64,000 bases of DNA from an uncultured virus (IMG/VR IMGVR_UViG_3300035686_000079) (IMGVR_UViG_3300035686_000079); one strand, 5' to 3'. Shown: positions 18,622 through 28,723, counted from the first letter of the stretch. Numbers and translations: made by a program. The notes: generated from the sequence alone by a model not told the origin.

Positions 18622-19188
18622 ATGGTTATTGACAAAAAAATAAATCCTGATCGTCTAACAGACGAACTACAAGCAATTCCAGAACTAAGTCCTGTCAACA
18701 AGGAGGCTAAATTCGTTGTTTCTGCATCATTAAATTCAGCGGAAATATTTTTCTTTGATGAGCTAGGCGAAGACGTATTATTGAGAATTCAAGAGATTGT
18801 TGATGCTCACGAGCCAGATACTGCAACCTCTTCGAGTAGACGCAAGTGGGATGAATTGGCTAGGGGGTTCAACGAGTCTCGGCTTAATCAGCAAGTGATT
18901 ACCCCTATCAAGCACGCAACCGATCCCATCCCTCAGCAGGGAGCTATTTGGAGCGCTGCCGAGCAAATCGAAAAAGCGATCGTCATGACTTATTATTCGG
19001 ATGACGATCGCATTCGAGGGCTGACAGGGCATTTGCAGTTCTTGTTCGATCAGTTTCGGGTAGCTGAAATTGACGTACCAGCAGATATATGTCGAGAGCT
19101 TGCCAGTTTGTGTAATGCAGCTGGATTTCCAGAAGTAGCCGCTATCGTTCCTAATGCCACGCCAAAAGAAGACACCACCTCCACCTAG
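18622..19188 (+). CDS. hypothetical, possible tail fibre chaperone
   Basis: Directly after the fibre gene; GGAGG RBS. Confidence 0.6.
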   Translation: MVIDKKINPDRLTDELQAIPELSPVNKEAKFVVSASLNSAEIFFFDELGEDVLLRIQEIVDAHEPDTATSSSRRKWDELARGFNESRLNQQVITPIKHATDPIPQQGAIWSAAEQIEKAIVMTYYSDDDRIRGLTGHLQFLFDQFRVAEIDVPADICRELASLCNAAGFPEVAAIVPNATPKEDTTST

Positions 19189-19675
19189 ACTTGTCGTTGC
19201 TGAATACAAGTCCCACGACGACGGAGATACTTGCTTCGTCGTCGGGGATTTGTTTGCCATTGTTCGGGTGGCATTGATCGACACACCAGAGCTTCCACAC
19301 ACAGCTCAGGATAGGAAGTTAAATGACGCAATTGTTGAGGCTCAATATAGATGGGGGAAAGCTGCCAAAGAGGCGATCGCTTCTAAGATTGCCGAAACAT
19401 CGAAAGAGCTGACGCTTACTGTCACTGGCTTTGACAGTAAGTACAATCGCAACATTGCTGCGGTTGTATTTAGTGACGGCACTGATTGGGGGAGTTATTT
19501 AGTCGATCGGGGGCTAGCGCTTGTTTACACAAAGTATGCTATTGGTATTGCTAATTATGATGCGCTGTGTATTGCCCAAGAGACAGCGAAGACGCAGGGT
19601 TTAGGCTTTTGGTCTGACCCAAACTTTAAGGAGCCGACTGAATTTAGAAAGTATAAAGAAAACCTTTGCAAATAA
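19154..19675 (+). CDS. thermonuclease (SNase) family protein
   Basis: DGDT, VRVALIDTPE, D.KYNR, LVDRGLA, AQETAK..LGFW. Confidence 0.88.
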   Translation: MPRQKKTPPPPRLVVAEYKSHDDGDTCFVVGDLFAIVRVALIDTPELPHTAQDRKLNDAIVEAQYRWGKAAKEAIASKIAETSKELTLTVTGFDSKYNRNIAAVVFSDGTDWGSYLVDRGLALVYTKYAIGIANYDALCIAQETAKTQGLGFWSDPNFKEPTEFRKYKENLCK

Positions 19676-20733
19676 TCAGGGATTTTGATGTAATAAAAAC
19701 AAATTTTGCTCACATGTTTAATGTCGAGCCAGTTAAGGTTACGTACTTTCATACGGAAGAATTAAGGCTGATCGTTGGAGAGCTTGCCGAGTTTGGGGAA
19801 TTAATGTTACCCGTTATTCATCCCCGATCAGTCCTCAATTATTTTGGGTTTCAAGTCCATGAAGACACGGGGGTGATGGTTGCCGCCCTCTCTCCTCCCC
19901 GTCAGTACAAGCATTTTTCTGCCGGAAAATGGGTCAACGTAGATGAACCCGTATTTCAATATCCAGAAGAAATCCGAGTAGGTATGCCATTCTGGACAGG
20001 TGCGGTGCAGTTTCATTTGTTACTCAATCATCGTGCCCTCTACCAAACGGTTAGTGTGGGTTACGAGGTTCCCCGCGATCTGCTGGATTATTTAATAGAA
20101 TTTGCCTTACCCGATTATCTAAGTAAACCCGTAGTTCGCACTGCGCGACAACTTTACACAGACCCACTGGGAGCTATCTACTTCCCCGATGGTTTCGATA
20201 CCAGTCTGGTAGAAAATATTTGGGTACAGTATCCTTTGGAATCAATGCCAATGTTGGGGGTATTGACAGACGATCGCACGGTAGCTGTTGGCACAACATT
20301 GCCCCCCAACGAGCCACTGCAATTGGTCTTTGATTTAAAACTCAAAGTGAAACGCCGTAACACAACCCAGATTGAATTTCTCCCCAATGTTTTTGTCGAT
20401 GATGCAGATATGACCAATATGCGGCAACTAATGTATGCCGACAGCGTAGCGGTAGATTGTGGGGAAAAACTGTTTCGCTATGACGAGTCTAGGAGGGGTT
20501 TTGACTTGCCTGTCACGGTTTCAATTACAGCAGCAAGTACCAACGAGGCAAATGAAATCGCATTTGCCATAATGGATCGAATTGATGAGGACAGTCGATT
20601 GTATGCTCCTGCGTTCGATCTGGAATTTGGTGTCCAGCAATCAGGAATATTAAAAAATGTAGGAGGAAACTCTCTTGTGGGGGGACTGCCAACTAAACGA
20701 TTCAATGTAGTAATTAAAAATATTTCTATCTAA
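19666..20733 (+). CDS. hypothetical, possible virion protein
   Basis: 355-aa ORF in the operon. Confidence 0.7.
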   Translation: MQIIRDFDVIKTNFAHMFNVEPVKVTYFHTEELRLIVGELAEFGELMLPVIHPRSVLNYFGFQVHEDTGVMVAALSPPRQYKHFSAGKWVNVDEPVFQYPEEIRVGMPFWTGAVQFHLLLNHRALYQTVSVGYEVPRDLLDYLIEFALPDYLSKPVVRTARQLYTDPLGAIYFPDGFDTSLVENIWVQYPLESMPMLGVLTDDRTVAVGTTLPPNEPLQLVFDLKLKVKRRNTTQIEFLPNVFVDDADMTNMRQLMYADSVAVDCGEKLFRYDESRRGFDLPVTVSITAASTNEANEIAFAIMDRIDEDSRLYAPAFDLEFGVQQSGILKNVGGNSLVGGLPTKRFNVVIKNISI

Positions 20734-20737
20734 TGTT

Positions 20738-21133
20738 ATGCCGAAGGAAGAACTAAGACCTTCTCAATGGGTTGTTGATGTCGTCACTTTAACTGATGCT
20801 GCTGGAAGATTTTGGCGAGAAGCTGGCGGTGCTCTTACTACGATCGCCGCCGTCTTTACGGTAGGTGGTGTGGTTGTTTTTTGCGTGGCAAGAGCGTTAG
20901 AGTTGCCTCCATGGGCGCAAATTGCCCTAGGATCGACTGGAACAGCTAGTATTGTTTACGACCCCAGAAAGGGTAGTGTTCAACAGAACTTCACTAAGCC
21001 CGTAGAAAACGTGAGTACATCGGTTACAGGCCCAGCAGCAACCGTTACGGATACAGGTTCGATATCATCTGAGCCTGAGGACGATGAAGATGAATGGGTA
21101 AGTCCCCAAGCGGTGATTGGAGGCGATCGTTGA
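20738..21133 (+). CDS. small membrane protein (holin candidate)
   Basis: Hydrophobic segments ALTTIAAVFTVGGVVVFCV and WAQIALGSTGTASIV. Confidence 0.5.
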   Translation: MPKEELRPSQWVVDVVTLTDAAGRFWREAGGALTTIAAVFTVGGVVVFCVARALELPPWAQIALGSTGTASIVYDPRKGSVQQNFTKPVENVSTSVTGPAATVTDTGSISSEPEDDEDEWVSPQAVIGGDR

Positions 21134-21774
21134 GTTCTAATGCAATCAAACTGGGACTAAAATTCGTCATCCATTGGCTGTCCCAATTTTTAGACGATCC
21201 AAGACCAGAGCCACAAAAAAAGCTAAACCCGATCGAACGTCATGATATTGGCGAGTATCATCTTTGGAGATTTTTGCGGAACACTCCCGCAGAGGTTGCT
21301 AGCTGGAACATTCATATAGATGGCTATAACGCTCAGCTGCTATTTTTTGTGGATAACTTAGATAAGCTAGAGTTTATTAATGAATTTTACAAGAAAGCTT
21401 CAGTAGTTACTGGTTTTGAGGAATCTAGGGCTGTTAAGCGAACTCATTTGATTTCAATTGAATGGGTTGTTCGGCTTCAATCTGGAGTTAATGTAGCCAG
21501 GAGAATTGGGTATTGGGTTGGTGACTTACAAGGGGGCGATCCAAATATTAATCGGAAAGCTTACGACATCCTTATGCTGTTGGCGCGTGATGTGTACACG
21601 ATTAAGGAGTCAAACGAGGTCGCTTGGCGCAAGCGGATAGAGGCTTTTCCTTGGGAGGAAGCAATTGAGAGTATTTGTACTGCTAAGCTTCCAGGTGTTG
21701 ATATTCGATTGAAAAAAATAGAAACTAAGGTAACTGAGGTAACAGCCCAAACAAGAGTTCAATTTCCACGCTAG
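21130..21774 (+). CDS. hypothetical protein
   Basis: TTG start overlapping the previous stop. Confidence 0.65.
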   Translation: MSSNAIKLGLKFVIHWLSQFLDDPRPEPQKKLNPIERHDIGEYHLWRFLRNTPAEVASWNIHIDGYNAQLLFFVDNLDKLEFINEFYKKASVVTGFEESRAVKRTHLISIEWVVRLQSGVNVARRIGYWVGDLQGGDPNINRKAYDILMLLARDVYTIKESNEVAWRKRIEAFPWEEAIESICTAKLPGVDIRLKKIETKVTEVTAQTRVQFPR

Positions 21775-21786
21775 GTTGCTGATGAG

Positions 21787-22365
21787 ATGGACAAAACAAG
21801 ACTACTCGAAATATGTCAATGGGACTTCCTGTCTTACAGTGAAGCTTTATCCACTTCCCCGTTTGGGACAGAAAAAATTCGTTATAGCAAAATGAGCGAA
21901 CCACTCAAGGTTCACGAGCCGTCATCTCTACTACCAGTCCTCAGCCAAAGAGATACTTACGAAATCCGGATAGGAAGAGATCCTTTTGGTTTTTTTGCCT
22001 GGATGCCAACATGCAAGGACGATCGCGCCTTAGTTCTCGAATACAAGACAAAACCAAAACCCTGGACTGCTTATAAGTCAAGGAATGAGGATCAAGCAAA
22101 GTTTATTAGCTCGACGATTGAAGCAATAATGGGTTCCCAAGGCTTCTTGGTGGGCGTTAGTTGTATCGGAGTGCAACTATTTGTGGAGCAATTTATGGTT
22201 ATGTTCGCACGGAACACTCTTAACCCAATGCCAGTAGCTTTCACTTTCTATGTTTCTCATCGGCTGTTCTTTGAGTACCAAAGCAATGATGGAAAGGTCG
22301 AATATCTGGATGGCGTTGCTAGCGAAATTTTGTGTCAAAGAAAGCAGTGTCAAGACCGAAGGTAA
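21787..22365 (+). CDS. hypothetical protein
   Basis: 192-aa ORF. Confidence 0.65.
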   Translation: MDKTRLLEICQWDFLSYSEALSTSPFGTEKIRYSKMSEPLKVHEPSSLLPVLSQRDTYEIRIGRDPFGFFAWMPTCKDDRALVLEYKTKPKPWTAYKSRNEDQAKFISSTIEAIMGSQGFLVGVSCIGVQLFVEQFMVMFARNTLNPMPVAFTFYVSHRLFFEYQSNDGKVEYLDGVASEILCQRKQCQDRR

Positions 22366-23753
22366 TGAATCCACAAATCGCCATCCATGCCGCAGATCTG
22401 CCGCATCATCTCGTAAGAATAGGTCAGTCCAGCGCCGCTTCTAGTGGTGTCATACCCCGACGAGTACCATTCCCCATACGGATCGTTGACAACCCAACCT
22501 TTCGGGTTATAGCCGATAATGCAAATAATGTGTCCAGACCCGGTGAACCAACCGTGGACGACACAAGGATTCCCACGATCAATCCACTCTTTCACGTCTG
22601 CCCACCGAGCTGCGGGGGTAAAGTCATCTTTATACCCGTAAGCTTTCACGATTTGCGCCAAATCTCCTGGAACGTGTCGGTCGAGTCCGTTGCGATCGCA
22701 GTACTGATTCAATTCATCTTCAAGCTGGACACCATGAGTATTTCGGATCGGGTGTCCGAAGTAAGCCAGCGCCATTGCGATCGAAGTGACGTTGCAGCTC
22801 CCCAGTGGATATAGTTCGTTATCGAGCTGACTTAAATAAGGCACTTTGAGTACAACCCCATCAGCTGGTGTTGGCACTTTTTCTATCGGCTTGGGTGCCG
22901 CCGCCATTAAAATCGACTCTTTGCGGACATGCCAAGTATTTCTACCCTTGAGTACTACTCTGTCAAAGGTAAAGACTAAATAATCTGCGTCTACCTCTCT
23001 CCAGCACAATACGGGAAAGACGGTTCCAGCTCTTACCCGCCCTCGTTGCTCTTTAGGTAGTTGCTGCCAATTGGTAGGGGATAGGGTGAAATAGCAATCT
23101 TCGATCGTCTTAATTTTTGTTCTGCCACCTTTAGACAGGGTCGATACTTGAACGATCGGCTGATGCTTGGAGTTATTTTCGGACATGGCAATAGGAAGCA
23201 GGAGCTTGAGTAATGGGACGACGCCTATTTGTCCCGATGGATAATTAGGGTCGAAACTGCCGTCTGAAACGTATTTCCCTACCCTGTAGTGATTGGTGCC
23301 CGACCACAGATAGGGGCTTAAAACCTCAGGATGATAAAGCCGATACCCCCAGCCGTTGTATTGCTCTGCTTGGAACAGTAAGCCGGGTATAGACCAGTCT
23401 TTTACCTGGTCAATTTCCTGCATGGTTAAGACATCGATCGCGCTTTCCTCCCAGGTGAATGGTGGACTACCTTTGATTGGTCGATTAGGTGGTTCGTGAT
23501 AAGTGTATCCAGTCAAGGGATCGCCGTTGTGCAGATGGCACTTAAAGCTTAGAGTTGACTCCATGTTATGAATCACGGCGATGAAATACCAAGGGCATCC
23601 TATGACCGAGGCTACGCCTTCATAGCGCGGTTTATTTTTGAGAATCTGCCCAATTGTAGAGTTAGCCAAATCCCGCCATTCCGGGAGTATCTGGCAGGTG
23701 TCCCAGAGTCTTTGATATTCCTCTCTCAGAGAAGACAGGGAGATGTTTGGCAT
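22350..23753 (-). CDS. endolysin-like: lysozyme-family domain plus C39-like peptidase
   Basis: PWYFIAVIHNMES..LHNGDPL..FTWEESAID..YNGWGY..SPYLWSGT; C-terminal LKVPYLSQ..GSCNVTSIAM..SGHII..VNDPYG. Confidence 0.85.
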   Translation of the reverse strand: MPNISLSSLREEYQRLWDTCQILPEWRDLANSTIGQILKNKPRYEGVASVIGCPWYFIAVIHNMESTLSFKCHLHNGDPLTGYTYHEPPNRPIKGSPPFTWEESAIDVLTMQEIDQVKDWSIPGLLFQAEQYNGWGYRLYHPEVLSPYLWSGTNHYRVGKYVSDGSFDPNYPSGQIGVVPLLKLLLPIAMSENNSKHQPIVQVSTLSKGGRTKIKTIEDCYFTLSPTNWQQLPKEQRGRVRAGTVFPVLCWREVDADYLVFTFDRVVLKGRNTWHVRKESILMAAAPKPIEKVPTPADGVVLKVPYLSQLDNELYPLGSCNVTSIAMALAYFGHPIRNTHGVQLEDELNQYCDRNGLDRHVPGDLAQIVKAYGYKDDFTPAARWADVKEWIDRGNPCVVHGWFTGSGHIICIIGYNPKGWVVNDPYGEWYSSGYDTTRSGAGLTYSYEMMRQICGMDGDLWIHYLRS

Positions 23754-24037
23754 TATTCCTTGAGCCGATCTTTTGAGGGCATAAAATCAGAACTATTGTT
23801 ATATTTCCTGCGCTCCATACGCTTCCTGGCAAAGTCTCTCCAGTACTCTGTGCCTCTGGGACTACCGTTGGCGATCGCTTCAATTTGCCGCAACCCAATT
23901 TCAATGCCGAGCTGGTCTTGATAAGGTAAATCTTCCCATTGGGGCGCATCGTCCCTGAGAATAACAGACGACGTATAATGAAGCTGTGCTAGCTCTCGCC
24001 ATGTCGCTCCGGTTAGAGCTTCTAGTTCTAAGTTCAT
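23753..24037 (-). CDS. hypothetical protein
   Basis: Stop overlaps the lysin start; PQWEDLP motif similar to 38315-38668. Confidence 0.6.
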   Translation of the reverse strand: MNLELEALTGATWRELAQLHYTSSVILRDDAPQWEDLPYQDQLGIEIGLRQIEAIANGSPRGTEYWRDFARKRMERRKYNNSSDFMPSKDRLKE

Positions 24038-24061
24038 CTCTATAAAAAATAATAATTTCTA

Positions 24062-24625
24062 GTGTACAACGAAGCAGAATGGCGAGAGTTTCTAGAATCG
24101 GTAGGCTTATCGGAGGAAGACGCACCGGAGCTGATATTCGATGACGGAGAGACGATCGAGGAAAAACTTCGTCAATCTCAGGACAAAGAAAAGCTAGCTA
24201 TATTGTTACTCCGACAATTCTGGATGGAAACTCAACTTATTAAAGCGAGCCACTCTGAAATTATTGAAAGAATTGAGCGTATAGAGCAAGAGGTAAAAAT
24301 TGGGGTCAGCGAACGCGGACAACTAAAAAGCCTCAATAGACAGCAACGCAAGCGAGCGAATAAAATCTTTGTTCTGGTTTGCTTGGTTTTTATCGCTGGG
24401 TTAGCCGAGTTTTTTGCTAATCTTAATCAAGACTATGCACCGTGGTTTATGCGATTTCTGGATGTTGAATCCGTTCGCAAAACCATGACAGCCATTGCCA
24501 CTGGGGCGATCTTTGCGGCGATCGGCATAATTACTGGCAAGCCTGGAGACAAGGCTTCTCAGTTTTTGTCCATTGACGTGGTTCTCCCTCTGGAGTCTCT
24601 GTGGCGGAAAATTCGTAGACGATAA
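24062..24625 (+). CDS. membrane protein with coiled coil and two TM segments
   Basis: IFVLVCLVFIAGLAEFF and MTAIATGAIFAAIGIITG. Confidence 0.65.
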   Translation: MYNEAEWREFLESVGLSEEDAPELIFDDGETIEEKLRQSQDKEKLAILLLRQFWMETQLIKASHSEIIERIERIEQEVKIGVSERGQLKSLNRQQRKRANKIFVLVCLVFIAGLAEFFANLNQDYAPWFMRFLDVESVRKTMTAIATGAIFAAIGIITGKPGDKASQFLSIDVVLPLESLWRKIRRR

Positions 24626-24633
24626 AGGAAAAA

Positions 24634-25230
24634 ATGCCAACAGATTTTATCATTCCCCAGGAAGAAATAAAAACTTTACTAGAGCAGGCTACCCGCCAAG
24701 AGTTAATACTCTGGGACAAGGAGTTAGTTGTTGCTTATTTGCTTCCTTCGGGTAGTTTAGTAGTAGGGCGTGGAGCCGTTCTTGATCCTGCAAATTTCGA
24801 TCTAGAGAAAGGGCGAGAAGTTGCCAAGGAAGACGCTATTAAGCAGTTGTGGCAGCGAGAAGGATACCTAAGACAAGTTGAGCGTAGCGACGAGCAGCCG
24901 TCAGATTTATCCCCACAGCAGCTGCTGGAGCAATCGGAAGTCCACAAGAGTAGCCTTTTTGACGTTGCGATCGTTAGCGCACGCCTGCCATCTGGTTTTA
25001 CAGTGACAGGGAAGGCGATTATTGGCGATTTGTCGATCGAGCAGGCTTACCAGTTGGCTCAGGTAGATTTGCTGGAGCAGCTTCAGTATCTGGAGGACTA
25101 CCGCAAAACTCAAACCGATCCGTCTAAGTCGGCAACAGAAGTTCAGCAACCTGAACCTATACCGGAAGAGTCTCATCCTGAATTACCAGCTTTAGAACAA
25201 CCTACCTCCCCTCCTCCCTCCATACTCTAG
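24634..25230 (+). CDS. N4 Gp49/Sf6 gp66-family protein, tandem domains
   Basis: LLPSGSLVVGRGAVLDPANFDLEKGREVAKEDAIKQLWQREGY plus a second copy RLPSGFTVTGKA..LQYLEDY. Confidence 0.75.
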   Translation: MPTDFIIPQEEIKTLLEQATRQELILWDKELVVAYLLPSGSLVVGRGAVLDPANFDLEKGREVAKEDAIKQLWQREGYLRQVERSDEQPSDLSPQQLLEQSEVHKSSLFDVAIVSARLPSGFTVTGKAIIGDLSIEQAYQLAQVDLLEQLQYLEDYRKTQTDPSKSATEVQQPEPIPEESHPELPALEQPTSPPPSIL

Positions 25231-25254
25231 GCTTGACGAGTAGCAGCCAGCCAA

Positions 25255-25290
25255 TAAAAAAGCCCGTATATCGTTGATATACGGGCTTTT
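25255..25290. terminator. bidirectional terminator
   Basis: AAAAGCCCGTATATC-GTT-GATATACGGGCTTTT. Confidence 0.85.
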
Positions 25291-25521
25291 GCCTATCCTG
25301 CAAGCTTTTCGCTGCGCCTCTGCTGTGTTCTTGGTCTTGAACTTTTCGTTGACATTGATTCGTTCGCTCCCTTGTGTGGCAGCACGTTAATTTATCGCAC
25401 CTTCAGATAGTTTGAAGTGTTCACTTATTTGAGTGTTTACTGGCGAGGTATTCCACCTCGCTCAACCAAGTAGCTTTGCCAGCATTCCGCAAGCTTTTGG
25501 TACACTTATCTCTTTAAGAAC
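25255..25521 (-). ncRNA. candidate ~265-nt sRNA or micro-ORF transcript
   Basis: TTGGCA-N18-TATACT promoter, internal hairpin GCGAGGT..ACCTCGC, terminator at 25255; only a 20-codon ORF (MSTKSSRPRTQQRRSEKLAG). Confidence 0.35.
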
Positions 25522-25580
25522 TACTCTAAGTATACCATACTTGTGATAACATTGCCAACGTAGATGCAGCTGATTGCTAG

Positions 25581-25604
25581 AACACCGTTCGATCGAACGG
25601 TGTT
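25581..25604. repeat. 24-bp palindrome family, copy 5
   Basis: Perfect copy 3 bp after the stop at 25608. Confidence 0.97.
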
Positions 25605-25607
25605 CGC

Positions 25608-26309
25608 CTAGATATTCTCAAACTCGATTACCCAAACCCAAGGATTGCTAGTCCAACTGTAACCACGACGCTCATTGATACTGTTCCAGAGGGTTCGGAA
25701 GCTTGCGATCGGGCACTTGAGCCAGTCTTCTTTAACATGTTTAGTGGGCTTAAAACCGTAGTTTCGGTAGGCATCACAGCGCAATATCTTGGAAAACTTG
25801 CTTTCAATCCCTTCCTTTATGGCGTCCTCAGCAGAAATATCGGCTACTCGTTCAACTCGAATATCGCCGATCTTTAAATTTAGGCGAGACGCCTCCCGAT
25901 ACCCCCCATAAGCGAGCTTTTTGCCTACAATAGGCGTTCCTTTTAGTCGGCTGGGGTAGGGAAGATTCCCACTGATAGTACCGTCTGCACAGTACTTGAC
26001 GACGATGTGGTTTTCGGTACAGCTAACTACCTCCATCTGTTCCCTGACCCACAGACGATCGCCCACTTTCCCGTAAGGGCAGCTAAACCACTTTTCCCCA
26101 GTCGGATAGTCTGGATGAGTGCCAGCCCAGCAGGGGGAGCCGTGGTCATCGACTTCTTGCTCTCCTCCAATAATCCAGGGCTTTAGTTCTAGTGGTAAGA
26201 CTCCTTTGGGGGGCGTCAAAGGTTTTACGACGCGCCTGGTTTGTTTCTTGGTTCCGGACAATACTGCCCGAACCATCTCTGGCTTAAATAGGATGGGAGT
26301 TTCTTTCAT
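25608..26309 (-). CDS. ASCH/PUA-like phage protein
   Basis: PILFKPEMVRAVLSGTKKQTRR, CPYGKVGDRLWVRE, RVERVADIS..DAIKEG, NPWVWVIEF. Confidence 0.85.
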   Translation of the reverse strand: MKETPILFKPEMVRAVLSGTKKQTRRVVKPLTPPKGVLPLELKPWIIGGEQEVDDHGSPCWAGTHPDYPTGEKWFSCPYGKVGDRLWVREQMEVVSCTENHIVVKYCADGTISGNLPYPSRLKGTPIVGKKLAYGGYREASRLNLKIGDIRVERVADISAEDAIKEGIESKFSKILRCDAYRNYGFKPTKHVKEDWLKCPIASFRTLWNSINERRGYSWTSNPWVWVIEFENI

Positions 26310-26357
26310 TTTTTAATGGAATTTACTTCTAGGGCTGAAAAATCTACCAAACTCTGG

Positions 26358-27191
26358 TTAATCCTTCGAGACAGGGAGAAACAGATTTAATTGCTGTTGT
26401 CTCTTCGTTACATTTGGGGAAAGCCAAAGACATTCAATAGCCTCTCTCCCGTTGTTTTTGCGTGTTTTCTTTTTCATTAAATGGAAGCCTGTGTAAAGTT
26501 CTTGATATAGCTTGCTGTCATAGCCAGAAATAATGCTCATCCCTTTTAGAGAATGAACTACCTCAGCGAGTTCTCTATGGTCATCGTCGCTAAGCTCAAA
26601 CCTGTACATATCTCGATGATTCTCTGTCCTAGTGCTTTTTAGGTAAGGTGGATCGAAATAGAATAGTGTTTCAGTCGTATCGATCCGTTTGATCAAGTCC
26701 AGCGCAGGGCGATTTTCAATCTGAACTTGGCGAAGCCGCCAAATAATAGCGTGTAAGTGTTCGATGTTGTTCCATTCTGCTATGGCATTAGCATGACCCT
26801 CCTTGTACATGTTTCGCCAGCCAGAGTTGTAGCGATACTCGGCTCCAGAAATGGTTTGCCAGCTTCTGGTGTAAAACCGTCTGGCGCGTTCCAGTTCATC
26901 TCCTTCTGAAATACGACTTAATTCCTGTTCTGTCCTGCTGTAGGGAGTGAGCTGAATCTTTTCAATGAGATCATTTCCGCGATCACGTAACATTCGGAAG
27001 AAATTAACAACTTCTCCGTCAAGATCATTGTAGAACTCGTAGGTAGAAGGCTGTTTGAGTAGGAGGACTGAACCACCTCCTCCGAACGGTTCACAATAGG
27101 TTGTATGCCTGGGGAAATGGCTGATAATCCAGTGTCCGTCACGGAACTTACCGCCAGGATACTTCAATGCGGGGCGTGATATAGCTGACAT
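26358..27191 (-). CDS. Dam-like (D12 class) N6-adenine DNA methyltransferase
   Basis: LKYPGGK, EPFGGGGSV, YNDLD, YFDPPY. Confidence 0.92.
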   Translation of the reverse strand: MSAISRPALKYPGGKFRDGHWIISHFPRHTTYCEPFGGGGSVLLLKQPSTYEFYNDLDGEVVNFFRMLRDRGNDLIEKIQLTPYSRTEQELSRISEGDELERARRFYTRSWQTISGAEYRYNSGWRNMYKEGHANAIAEWNNIEHLHAIIWRLRQVQIENRPALDLIKRIDTTETLFYFDPPYLKSTRTENHRDMYRFELSDDDHRELAEVVHSLKGMSIISGYDSKLYQELYTGFHLMKKKTRKNNGREAIECLWLSPNVTKRQQQLNLFLPVSKD

Positions 27192-27206
27192 TGTATTGAA
27201 AGAAGA

Positions 27207-28244
27207 TTAGTTGATGATGGAAGCAAATTCAGTTGCGATCGCCTGAGATATTAGGGGTGGCACGGCATTGCCAACTTGCTTGTGCCCTATGCATTTAGCC
27301 TGATGGAAACGGAAATCATCTGGAAAGCTAGAGAGCCGTGCCGCTTGGCGGACTGTGATCACCGCGTTTCTGTAGGGGTCGATCGGGCGTACTGCCGTCC
27401 TGGTCATATCACTTCCTCCCGCCATGAGGGTTGGAGCAATGGAGTTCGGATTCAACTTTACAAAACGGCTAACGGGTTCCTTGTGTCCGATCGGCGTAGC
27501 CATAAAACGAGAGATAACCTCGTTGCTATGCCGTGTCCGTCCAACTCCAGTGATGAAATCCAGCTCTCGCCGCAAAGATTGGGCATAGGCAGATGCTGAC
27601 TCTTTCATACAGGAATAAGGCAGGTGGTCAACCTCGAACAGTTCCTCAAACTCATCCACGTCTGGAAGGTCTAGAATTGCTTCTGCAACCGTTACTTTCT
27701 GTGTTTGAGGTTTGGGAAAATTTGGCAGCGGATAGCCCGGTAGAGCACCAAACAAAAACACCCTTTCCCTATCTTGCGGAACTCCGTAGTCGGCTGCATT
27801 GAGGACTTGATGGGAAAGGGTATAGAGAGAAAGGCGATCGCACAGTTGCTCGAAAATCTCCCACATGTCGCCTAGGACAAGCCCTTTAACATTTTCCATG
27901 ATGAAGTACGGAGGAAGCAGTTCTAAGACGAGTCGAGCAAACTCATGAAGTAGTTGAGTACGCAGATCATTCTTATTCCGCCTCCCTTGCAGTGAGAAAC
28001 TCTGGCAGGGCGGCCCGCCAATTACGATCGTTGGGCTTCCAATGTTATTGCGAATCCAGCTACCCGTGACCTGGCAGACTGAAGCGCAAATCATTTGTGT
28101 TGAGGGAAAGTTGACTTTGTAGGTTCCGGCGTGGGCGGGTTCTCGTTCGATCGCACCAATCACTTCAAAGGATTGATGAAATCCCCAACTGAACCCGCCT
28201 ACACCTGCAAATAAATCTAGAACCGTAGGCTTGGAGGTGTCCAC
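27207..28244 (-). CDS. C5-cytosine DNA methyltransferase
   Basis: DLFAGVGG, GGPPCQSFS, ENVKG, PQDRERVF, QVGNAVPP. Confidence 0.95.
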   Translation of the reverse strand: MDTSKPTVLDLFAGVGGFSWGFHQSFEVIGAIEREPAHAGTYKVNFPSTQMICASVCQVTGSWIRNNIGSPTIVIGGPPCQSFSLQGRRNKNDLRTQLLHEFARLVLELLPPYFIMENVKGLVLGDMWEIFEQLCDRLSLYTLSHQVLNAADYGVPQDRERVFLFGALPGYPLPNFPKPQTQKVTVAEAILDLPDVDEFEELFEVDHLPYSCMKESASAYAQSLRRELDFITGVGRTRHSNEVISRFMATPIGHKEPVSRFVKLNPNSIAPTLMAGGSDMTRTAVRPIDPYRNAVITVRQAARLSSFPDDFRFHQAKCIGHKQVGNAVPPLISQAIATEFASIIN

Positions 28245-28723
28245 ACTTTTAGTATTCGCTCTCGTAGACCGGGATTGTCTTTACTTTTGTCAACGTCCCA
28301 TGGAGCAGCTTGGCAACCCACTGCCGGGACGGAAGTAGAAAAGGTTTCTCGCTGTTCGATTTGCCAAGCTTTTCTTCCTGCCTTCCAGTCGCCAACCTCT
28401 ATCTCTGTAAAAGTCTGCTCTGCTATGAATTCCGGAGTCATTGTGATAATTTCAGTTAGCATTCCTGTGCCGATGATCTCGCCGTATTTAGGCTTAAAAT
28501 CTGTACCTAGGTATTTATCTGCTAGTTGCTTGTACTCCGGAATCATCTTCTTTTGAGCAGCTTGTATGAATAGCCGGATCGGTAATTTGCTAGTTACTCC
28601 TTTGGGGCGAGTCTCAAAAAACTTGATACCAGCGAGTAATAGGGAGGCGTAGGGTTCGTACATTGTTAATACGAACCACGCTTCTTTCTCTGCTTCTGAG
28701 AAAAGTGATAGCTGCTTGTGCAT
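28217..28723 (-). CDS. ASCH domain protein
   Basis: LTMYEPYASLLLAGIKFFETR, GEIIG, GDWKAGRKAW. Confidence 0.8.
   Translation of the reverse strand: MHKQLSLFSEAEKEAWFVLTMYEPYASLLLAGIKFFETRPKGVTSKLPIRLFIQAAQKKMIPEYKQLADKYLGTDFKPKYGEIIGTGMLTEIITMTPEFIAEQTFTEIEVGDWKAGRKAWQIEQRETFSTSVPAVGCQAAPWDVDKSKDNPGLRERILKVWTPPSLRF

Noticed and set aside
20810..20826. Possible target of the outer element's guide (TTTTGGCGAG.. after 63356)
   Set aside because: Only about 10 contiguous matches followed by a gap; compatible with chance.
22332..22814. 160-aa plus-strand ORF and similar shadows (2497, 6243, 18778, 29442, 54590, 60658)
   Set aside because: Antisense to well-supported genes, with no motifs.
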